A stretch of DNA of 64,000 nucleotides from Salisapilia sapeloensis CBS 127946 (taxonomy: Eukaryota; Protista; Oomycota): positions 64,012 through 128,011 of the forward strand of contig JAADVB010000019.1 in NCBI GenBank assembly GCA_023334545.1, in the 5' to 3' direction. The translations under genes and the position numbers were made by a program. The notes beneath the pieces are model-generated. The model was not told the origin of the DNA, ran no database searches, and saw only the letters and a list, made by a program, of their open reading frames with translations. Positions 57,701 to 64,000 of the stretch are shown in pieces (position 1 is the first letter of the stretch; every line of letters begins with the position of its first letter).

Positions 57701-60406
57701 GGTACATTCCTCCTGTTCGATGAAAGGACCAGAGCAATCTTGGCCTCCGTAAAGTGGAGCCCGAACGACTGTACGAGTACGTGTTCGTGACCCATCCTTA
57801 CACGTTGACCAAGAGCTCCAAGCACTAAGCTCACAGTGTACTGGTTCACAGCTCATAGTATCAGTCAGACTCTGACACTCTTTTCCACCATTCTTAGGGT
57901 GGACTAGGACTTCTCTGACGCGGTACCGAAGTCCGGATTCAGCATCGCAAGGTCCGTACTCGCCATACTCTCCTAGCACACAGTCAACTGGATCGCCACA
58001 GGCACCTTTCGAGTCGTATCTGTTTCTATAATTGTATCGGTTCTTTCGACCTCGACCTCTTCGTTTCTTGCTCTTACCATTTGTGTACTTATCGCTCTCA
58101 TCATTGGTGGTGTCTCGTGGATAGATATTTGGCAGTCCGAAAGCAAGCCTAAAGTCAAGTCCAGCATTCCGATTGTAACCATTGTGGTAGCGTCCAAGTA
58201 AAGACTTTCCATCACTGGAATATGTTTCGCTACCAGACGCGGGAGCATTCGAATCATCGTTATCATACGTTTCGTGATCATCAAGATCTTCAGGCTCATT
58301 GTCATCAAGATCTTCGCTCTCAGCATGCGCTTCTTTGTCGGCATCGACATCGTCTGGATCACCTCCATCGTGACGACCGTAATCGCCGTCACGGTTTTCA
58401 CCGTATGAATCCGCTTGATGTTCACCATCATGCTCGTTGTCATTGCCGTGGTAATTCACACTAGTCTCTAGTTTATACGATGTCGAATGATTGTCATCAT
58501 TTTGGTGGTTTACATCACCGTCCTCTTCATTCATTTTTCCTCGTCGGTTGTTATACTTGCCATGACGACCATACTTTCCACGTCTCCTTCTGGGATGCTT
58601 CTTGTGCCCACGCTTTCCTTTATGCCGCCAACCTCGGCCACGCTTGTCAAGTTTGAACTTGCCATTTGCATACGCTTTGGACATAGCCTCCTTGTACTTG
58701 TCATGACCCGAGTCTACGTTTCCACCTTGTTTTTTGCCACGATAGCCTGATACCACATCCGCTGAGTCGTCACTCGAGTCTTCGGATGACTCATCTTGGG
58801 CATACTTGTCCGCCACCTTGTTACCAGTGTAATCTTTCATCTTGTCGATGACAATATGAGCTTGATCAGAATTCAAAGCACTTTGTCCATACTTGCGATC
58901 CGAAGATTTATCACCTGATGAGGCAGTGTGATTCCGTTTGTATTCCAAATGGCCTTCGACAGTGCCAGTAAAGTCTTCGCTAGGTTGATTATCTTGGCCT
59001 GGCTTTTTGACATGGCCTTCGACAGTACCGACAAAGTTGTCACACGAATCATCCGAATCAGCATCAATGTCAGCCGATTGATCATTGGAATTCTCGGGCT
59101 TGCCAGGACGACCGGAATACGGTTTATCGTAGCCACCCTTGTGAACAAGTGCTTCATGAACCTTGTCGTGGATCTTATCAAAAATGTGGTCATTTGAGTC
59201 ATCTGAGTCACCTTGATGGTTATGAAGCTTATCGTGAAAGTGCTTGAGCTTGCCAAGAATACTGTCCGAAGAGTCATGGTGGTCATGATCATGTGAAAAA
59301 TGGGATTTGACTTTGTCGCTGATGTTATGAAGTATGTTCTTCTTCCAGCGTCTTCCATGGTTGCCATACCCTCCTTCTTTTGGAGAGGCTGTGTTGGAAG
59401 AATATTGAGGACTTTCAGTATCCTCATTGGAATCCTCGTCACTGTTGTCATCAACGTGGTAGCCAGCCGCTTCAGTCGACGAAGGTGTGTAGGCTGCGAG
59501 TGACTTATATGGCGTTGAGTTTGCAGGCTCATATCCGTCTCCGTGCTCCTCACTATCATCATCTTCAACCGTGCCCTCTTGACCATAGTCATTCGAGTCA
59601 TCCGAGTCATCATGACGACCATGAAGCTTACCATGGAAGTGTGTATGCATGTCATCGATACTGTCCGAAGAGTCATCATGGTCATATTCATTCGACACGT
59701 GAAACTTGATTTTGCCGCCAATGTTGGGGAGCACGTTCTTCTTCCAGCGTCTTCCATGGTTGCCATACCCTCCTTCGTTTGGAGAGGCTGTGTTGGAAGA
59801 ATATTGAGGACTTTCAGTATCCTCATTGGAATCCTCGTCACTGTTGTCATCAACGTGGTAGCCAGCCGCTTCAGTCGACGAAGGTGTGTAGGCTGCAGGT
59901 GATGGAGATGGAGATGGCCACGTACTAGTGGGCTCGTCTTCTTTGATATTACCCTTACTGGACTCATCTTCACTTTCATCATCAGCTTGGTCGCTAGGCG
60001 TTTCAGTCGACGGAGGAGTGCTGCTGACCGACTCATACGTACTGATATTCTCGTCGCTGCTGTCATCTTCAACGGCATTGTCTTGATGGTAATCAGGGTT
60101 TTCAATTGGTGCTGGCGTGCTGGTATCTGGTTCGTATCCACTGACACTATTGCCAGTAGTGTCATCTTCAACGTTATCCTCTTGATGGTAATCCGGAGAG
60201 TTGTTCGATGGAGGTGTGTACGCTGAAGGCGACGGAGACGGTGATGTGGCTTCCGGCCCATACGCACCGGCATTGACAGTCACTGGCAGTGAGATCAAAA
60301 CTGTACAAATGCTAAGTACTTGCAGTAGGTAAAGCGCAGTCTTCTTCTTCCAACGGGAGTTGGATCGCTTGCCATAGCGGCTAGAAGCGATCGGTACGGA
60401 AGACAT
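51740..60406 (-). CDS. Giant thrombospondin type-1 repeat protein, PcVsv1-like zoospore adhesin
   Basis: Uninterrupted 2888-aa ORF; hydrophobic signal segment ending VTVNA; about 760-aa low-complexity region; then 42 TSRs counted by eye (PVDCxVSxWSxWSxC...RTRTR...GGxxCPxLxExxxC). Confidence 0.92.
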   Translation of the reverse strand: MSSVPIASSRYGKRSNSRWKKKTALYLLQVLSICTVLISLPVTVNAGAYGPEATSPSPSPSAYTPPSNNSPDYHQEDNVEDDTTGNSVSGYEPDTSTPAPIENPDYHQDNAVEDDSSDENISTYESVSSTPPSTETPSDQADDESEDESSKGNIKEDEPTSTWPSPSPSPAAYTPSSTEAAGYHVDDNSDEDSNEDTESPQYSSNTASPNEGGYGNHGRRWKKNVLPNIGGKIKFHVSNEYDHDDSSDSIDDMHTHFHGKLHGRHDDSDDSNDYGQEGTVEDDDSEEHGDGYEPANSTPYKSLAAYTPSSTEAAGYHVDDNSDEDSNEDTESPQYSSNTASPKEGGYGNHGRRWKKNILHNISDKVKSHFSHDHDHHDSSDSILGKLKHFHDKLHNHQGDSDDSNDHIFDKIHDKVHEALVHKGGYDKPYSGRPGKPENSNDQSADIDADSDDSCDNFVGTVEGHVKKPGQDNQPSEDFTGTVEGHLEYKRNHTASSGDKSSDRKYGQSALNSDQAHIVIDKMKDYTGNKVADKYAQDESSEDSSDDSADVVSGYRGKKQGGNVDSGHDKYKEAMSKAYANGKFKLDKRGRGWRHKGKRGHKKHPRRRRGKYGRHGKYNNRRGKMNEEDGDVNHQNDDNHSTSYKLETSVNYHGNDNEHDGEHQADSYGENRDGDYGRHDGGDPDDVDADKEAHAESEDLDDNEPEDLDDHETYDNDDSNAPASGSETYSSDGKSLLGRYHNGYNRNAGLDFRLAFGLPNIYPRDTTNDESDKYTNGKSKKRRGRGRKNRYNYRNRYDSKGACGDPVDCVLGEYGEYGPCDAESGLRYRVREVLVHPKNGGKECQSLTDTMSCEPVHCELSAWSSWSTCKDGSRTRTRTVVRAPLYGGQDCSGPFIEQEECTPVDCQVSEWSLYTINPLLNINIKSRFVITHPDGGADCPPLEETSSCSAQDCIVGDWHWEGECDASTGNRKRVREVVTSASNGGKPCPPLQEVVACMDCQVSQWSDFGTCDASTGKMTRTRTITQEPSYGGAGCPALTDSTPCAPIDCILSDYGSWSACDKIKNIRKRERTIVTEPLYNGKPCESLEQQQNCNPKDCIVSEWSSYTLISKTRKARTRQVLQYPDGGDECPHLVEETDATPVDCVVSDWSGFGTCDAGTHHMKRTRTVIQAMQDGGKPCPSLEDVRDCYPQDCQVSDWSEFGSCCSKTGKRSRQREVIQPAKYGGKECPNLVETEQCSSVDCVVSDWSDFGTCHKRKKKHTRTRSVLVNPMYGGAPCPPLKDTQRCEPKNCIVSDWSDWSDCNVTSLTRKRVRDVLQERDGGKKCPKLVQEKKCKRVNCKVSKWSKFSSCDPDTLTKTRNRTIEREPMYGGKDCPALEQSKKCKMPKVHCKVGRWSAYSDCDPVTEKKTKSREIVREAKYGGKDCPALTKTKSCVPNVDCELSDWSEYSECHPRKHKKSRTREVLVPRRGKGKRCGKLKQKQACTPVDCQTGPWSDWSSCKNGEEMKTRTREVVTQPDGGKECPALTEEASCIPDIDCAVSAWSPYGDCDIPNNKKTRFREIITASSGNGVPCPTLEESTECDPQDCVVSGWSEYTQCNPETSTRKRTRTVEKPVIGCGKACPPLEEETKCQAVDCGVTTWSEWSTCDEYSHLQTRNRTVRVEPKYDGKPCPPLGEEKSCKPPLKCLVGEWSEWSICTADSTLRTRTREITQQPSSGDTSECASLREDAECEAVDCAVGTWSDWSPCDAETYLKTRTRPVTQHNMHGGKECPIVEEQEVCPPQSCETGPWSEWTQCSTPETDKKIRTREVVQQPMYGADQCPVLEEEEECPPVDCTMSNWGEWSECTNYTPTQTREREVTQSPYRDGQPCGALVETRKCPPVDCKVSEWGPWESCNPETETKTRYRTIEQEPLRNGAECPELKGEDSCDPIDCTVAEEWSEYSACDHTTGKRHKTREVTQQAMYGGAKCPETIMEGPCEPVNCELSNWSEYGSCDASTGLRTSTRTIVTKPKYGGLPCDVQEQTTPCEPVDCVPGTWSEWSSCDNSPDGMRHRTREVVQQALYDGNECTDLKQSIACDPVPCRVGEWSEYGVCDESTGKRTRTREILQAAKYGGTECPSLEEKTTCLPVDCELGPWSEYGACDDTTYKKKKTREIITHPKYEGEACGPVENELVCEPIDCVLSPFGAWSECDAATGKKRRTASIVTAAKYGGKSCGDTVQEAPCDPVDCQVGPWTDFTTCSDTDTTKTRTREVIQPALYGGKSCGALEETEKCEAVSCEVSEWGPWESCDATCGQKRRTRKVTQRPLRGGADCPALEDSVVCDPVNCEVGEWTPEWSECDGSTGKRYKTRPIIIEAKYDGIQCPATKQETDCLPEDCEVGEWSSWSTCDASTSNKTRSRQITSADKYGGAACPALLQSAPCDPVNCELSVWSEYSTCTDETPEQTRSRTIKVAPLYEGAPCGHLEEKKPCPPVDCILGEWTEWSEYDSETGIRTRTRQVIQPAVRNGLSCGEVKQTERADPINCVVSDWSDYEGCDVNSGKKRRTREVVTADLYGGNKCPTLEQFAPCDPVDCEVGAFGSWSACDNTSGLKTKTREVIQPAMFEGASCPPLEETTVCDPVDCVVGNWQDWTKCDANGQRYRERDVDVPAAYNGKECPRLVETEKCPPVDCVVDKWKEWSACNATSGLKSRTREVLVPSLFDGAECPCIEEVDVCDPIECVVGEWSEWSDCDGQQTAKTRERPVLVSPAYGAPSCPETKQVMECPKPVDCEVSNWGEWSRCADYSGTRTRTRHVITEPQNYGQQCPKLEEESSCANLECEMSVWSSWSTGCNDYGMQIRTRVILDDPYTELCACPDTVEYRMCTYNAETNQYSPPNDSGRHRHRKLRTE
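51821..57992 (-). repeat. Array of 42 TSR1 domains (about 147 nt each, diverged at the DNA level)
   Basis: Manual count of consecutive about 49-aa units, most with 4 Cys. Confidence 0.85.
59336..59896 (-). repeat. Near-perfect 162-bp internal direct repeat, copies 399 bp apart
   Basis: 59336-59497 vs 59735-59896 differ at one base (SPKE vs SPNE); both encode AAYTPSSTEAAGYHVDDNSDEDSNEDTESPQYSSNTASPxEGGYGNHGRRWKKN. Confidence 0.95.
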
Positions 60407-61485
60407 GCTTCACAGGGAGTCTGATCTTGAAGAGGCAAGGTCGGGGTTGAAAGAGTTAGAATGGCGAGAAGCAAGGTCCGGAACGGTGCAAATCGCAATG
60501 TGAGGACCAGGTAGAATGCTTTCGGCCACGAAGAGGCTTGTGGGAATATGCATCTAGGAGGAGGCACATGTACAATGATAATAGGGTGGAGATGAATTAG
60601 CAAGAATCGTCGCACTGCATAATGATATCGAATATATTTGTGGCAGGATCGCACAATCTGCATCAAGATGAAACTTGGTGCCTCCTCGCAGTGGTACCAT
60701 ATCCCATCAAGAGACACTACGGTATCCACATCTCGTGAAGAGGCGTGAAATGGCTACATGCTTTATTTAAATTTTGGCTCTGCATCGTCACAGTCCCATC
60801 TCGTGACTGGTGGGAAGGCGTGGGTGGCTCTGTTTGAAGGTAATCCCAAAGAATCAAAGAGTTGCGCAATGTGTAATTCCACCTGAGAATGAGTCAAATG
60901 TGTACTGGTCGTGATACGACAGTCGTCCCTTGACTGCAAGGTCTGAGCAAAGGAAGAACTTAGTAGAACGAGCATCTTCCATCTGGAAACTCTTCGATAT
61001 CAGCAGTACAAATTTATCTACTCGGAGGTGATATGCGAAGAGATATTTAGCTTCAACATGCTTTTGTTCATAAATCAATTCCTGGGTCTAGAACGGAATC
61101 TTCGTTTGCTTTGCTGATTTCCTGGGATTTAGATCTGTCCAGTGCTCTCTTCAGTCGATGTGGACGCTTACGACGATACATGTATGCTAGAAATCCGGCT
61201 GGACTTGCTACAAACACGGGCCACTGAAATGTAGGCGTGGATTTTCAAAGTTACTAATGTTCAATCAATACAATTCGTTCTTATTAGAAACGTATCGCGT
61301 AGTCATAATTTATTTTTGTGGCTGTATATGGTGCTCCAGTCTCATATCATGAGCTGATCAAGATTTTTGAGTGGGAGTAAAGACCGTGCTACGTCATGGA
61401 CGTCTTCGTACACGATCGAAGGCATTTGTCTTTTTGCCGTTTAAGAGCACGATCAGTTCAATCATAGCGCGGCACGCACATCTTG

Positions 61486-63671
61486 ATGGTAATCAATTGA
61501 CAACTCAAGTGTCTAGTGGGTCATATTCAAATTTTATATAGGCATCTCGTAACTCGTCCGAGGTTACAGCCTCTGCTGCTGCAGAGGTAGGATTGGTACG
61601 GTGTATAAATAATACGTCTTTTTGTTTAAGTACTGACGAATGAATGATATGGTCTTATGCGTCACCGAAGTAGACGACCTCCAGTCTTGTTCGAGACCCG
61701 GTATGTCATCGCTCTCACATTCAGATCAAATATCAAAGCTTATACTTTCTACGACAGGAACGGACCGCAGAGCTATATATCAAGCTTCTCAACAATGACA
61801 TCGACGATCTGGACCTCACCAATGACGATTTTGCAGCCTTCAGCGACGGAAATGAGGGCGAGATAGAGCAGCTCGCGGACGATTTGGAAATGCTCTACCA
61901 AGACTTGTATGATGGCAGGATCACTTCTGCAGAAGCTCGAACCCGAGCACGCACATACGCTGGCTTGCCGATTGAATCAAGCACAAGCAGTGGCGAAAAT
62001 TCGAGTGACAGGAGTATAGACACTCAGCCAAGCCAAGCACCTTCTACCGAGAATAGCTCGAGCAACAATAACGATGGCACGGATGAACCAACCACTCCAA
62101 CAACTAGTCCTAACGCTCCTGCCAAGACAAAAGCGCCATCGACGCCCAAACCAGCTACAAGCTTTTCAAGAAGTGCCGCTGACGATACGCGTGAAGATGG
62201 CGGTAAGCGCGAAGATGACGACGACACCACAGGCTCCGCATCCATGACTGGAAACCGTGGTAGTAATACATCTGAAAACATTGCCATGACGGGGTCTTCA
62301 TCCATGGACCAGAACGATGGTAATGATACATCTTATAACGCTGACTTCCTGGGGTCTTCATCCATGGCTCAAGACATCGGTACTAGTACACCGGATGCAG
62401 CATCTCTGGCCAATGTCGTCGACGATCCATCTATTGACAGCTCTTCATCCAGTAAACCTAATGACGAGCTCATTGTGCACATGACAGAAGACAAATCTAG
62501 CAACGTCGGGATGATCATGAGCGTCATAGCTGCTGTCCTGGGTATCGTTCTCCTAGTAGCTCTCTTCTTTCTTATTCGCAATCGTCGCAAACAGAGAAAT
62601 TTGGAGAGGGGTCTTAGCAGTCAGGGTGCCACGCCATTCGGTCAAGGCGCTCCTCACACACCAGAAACAGGAGCTTTTGCAGCGATACCTCCATCTGGTA
62701 ATAGTCTAGGTGACGACTCTATACTTTCAGATCTTTCATTTAAGCCCCAAAGCGGATTATGGGAAGAGGATTCTATTATCGCCGTACGCATTCCTCTTGA
62801 AAAGATTCACGTTATTGAACTCGTCGGAAGAGGAAGCTACGGTGAAGTGTATCGAGGAGCTTATATGGGCCAGACAGTTGCTATTAAGATGCTCTTGTCG
62901 AGCCAGAGAAAAGATCTGAACATGGTCTCAGAACTACTGGAGGAAGTGAAGCTGCAGGCATCGTTAGAGCATTGTTGTATTGTTAGCTTCATTGGCGTCG
63001 CTTGGAATGCACTAACCGACCTGAGTGTTGTTACCGAGTACATGGATGGTGGAGACCTTCGGACGCTACTGAACAAATACGACAAAGACAAGTCGAAAGA
63101 ATACGGCTTTGACCGTGAAAAGATCGGTATTGCATTGCACATTGCTCATGCACTGGTTTACCTGCACTCACTTCAGCCTCAAGTCATCCATCGTGATCTT
63201 AAGTCTCGAAATGTCTTACTCGACTCTCAAAACAATGCCAAATTAGCTGACTTTGGGGCATCAAGGAGAAGACGCTACGACGCCGACATGACGATCGGAA
63301 TAGGCACGAGTCTATGGATGGCACCAGAAGTACTTTTGAGTGAAAAGTACGATGCTAGCGCAGATATATACTCTTTCGGAGTTGTGCTATCGGAACTAGA
63401 TGCACACCACCTACCGTTTGCAAACGAACGATCCAGTGATAGTGGTAAAAGACCTGATGTGGTAATCCTGCAATTGGTGTCGCTAGGCAAGATTAGCATA
63501 CAGTTCTCCGACAGTGCGTGCGATGAGATGCAGTCACTCGGCCGAGATTGTGTCAGTTTGGATCCGTCCAAACGGCCAACTGCTCCTGAGGCCATGTATC
63601 GTTTACATCGGGCACTTAAAGGATATGACCAATTCCACTCCCAGAACGCGCAGCGTACAGAAGATCGGTAG
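61486..63671 (+). CDS. Single-pass receptor-like TKL protein kinase with S/T/D-rich ectodomain; probable 4 exons
   Basis: Kinase motifs GRGSYGEV, VAIK, HRDLKSRN, DFG, APE; transmembrane segment MIMSVIAAVLGIVLLVALFFLI followed by RNRRK. Inferred 5-prime exons 61486-61488, 61542-61586, 61674-61700 are all phase 0 into 61758. Kinase call is firm; the 5-prime model is less so. Confidence 0.85.
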
Positions 63672-63846
63672 CAAAGAAACAGTTTTCATAGTGTTCAAAT
63701 TAAACAACCTTGACAGTGTACTGCACACTCTTTCCTCCTCGTCCTTTCTAAGCAGCAACCGACCAAGCACACTAAATGCCAAAACACTCATGTTTATATC
63801 TCATGACGGTCGCTACCTCGCAACGCATCCCACCACATCAGCTCAA

Positions 63847-63999
63847 CTACAACTTCATGGACACGGATCCACAGGCCACACGGGTATTCGTTCCGTCGTC
63901 GCACAGCGCATGAAGGACGATGTTCCAAGCCTTCTTCACAGCGCTCGGAGCAGGGAAGAACGGGTCCGTCAACTTCTCACGATACACCATCGACTCGCC
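63847..63999 (-). CDS. 3-prime end of a second oomycete SOD-like gene (partial, runs off the window)
   Basis: Minus strand reads GESMVYREKLTDPFFPAPSAVKKAWNIVLHALCDDGTNTRVACGSVSMKL*, aligning to DEYSPGEMDIHSEWNLVLSAMCQNTTERIACAV of 1799-2503. Confidence 0.75.
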   Translation of the reverse strand, partial: GESMVYREKLTDPFFPAPSAVKKAWNIVLHALCDDGTNTRVACGSVSMKL

Positions 64000-64000
64000 C

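Noticed and set aside
58873-60273. 466-codon alternative-frame ORF on the same strand inside the adhesin N-terminus
   Set aside because: Stops in this shifted frame need Leu/Val/Ile/Met codons in the main frame, which the low-complexity region largely lacks. The Met/Thr-rich product is the shadow of GAT/GAC runs.
1-64000. rRNA, tRNA, CRISPR arrays, operons, terminators
   Set aside because: No tRNA cloverleaf or T-loop context, rRNA-like tract or spacer-separated direct repeats were seen. The DNA is eukaryotic and all repeats found are coding. A tRNAscan/Infernal run would be needed to exclude small ncRNAs.

Overview
Eukaryotic, oomycete-like genomic DNA; the genus cannot be determined from the sequence. 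Support for the oomycete call: GT-AG introns mostly 50-60 bp long, oomycete INR/FPR core-promoter motifs, a PcVsv1-like thrombospondin-repeat adhesin, oomycete-type secreted Cu-only SOD-like and mucin-like Cys-domain proteins, and flagellar genes (ARL3, CFAP45). I can support about 28 protein-coding genes (two partial at the window edges) and one pseudogene. Many are spliced, so the ORF track shows them only in fragments; exon boundaries were derived by hand. Two densely packed housekeeping blocks (about 2.7-13 kb and 20-35.4 kb) alternate with sparse blocks of secreted or surface proteins (about 13.6-19 kb and 37-64 kb). Most interesting: (1) a 2888-aa, 42-TSR adhesin with a long charge-blocked, His-rich N-terminus lying tail-to-tail with a polyanionic secreted protein, a possible two-component glue; (2) a stand-alone AZUL zinc-finger protein with no HECT domain; (3) a secreted SOD-fold protein that has lost all four Cu-ligand histidines; (4) a mitochondrially targeted EHD/MfnL-like dynamin; (5) a bacterial-type nitronate monooxygenase; (6) a thermospermine-synthase-like enzyme; (7) a cytochrome b5 ending in a CaaX box. 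I recognised no rRNA, tRNA, CRISPR array or intact transposon. All family calls come from motif recall, not database searches.
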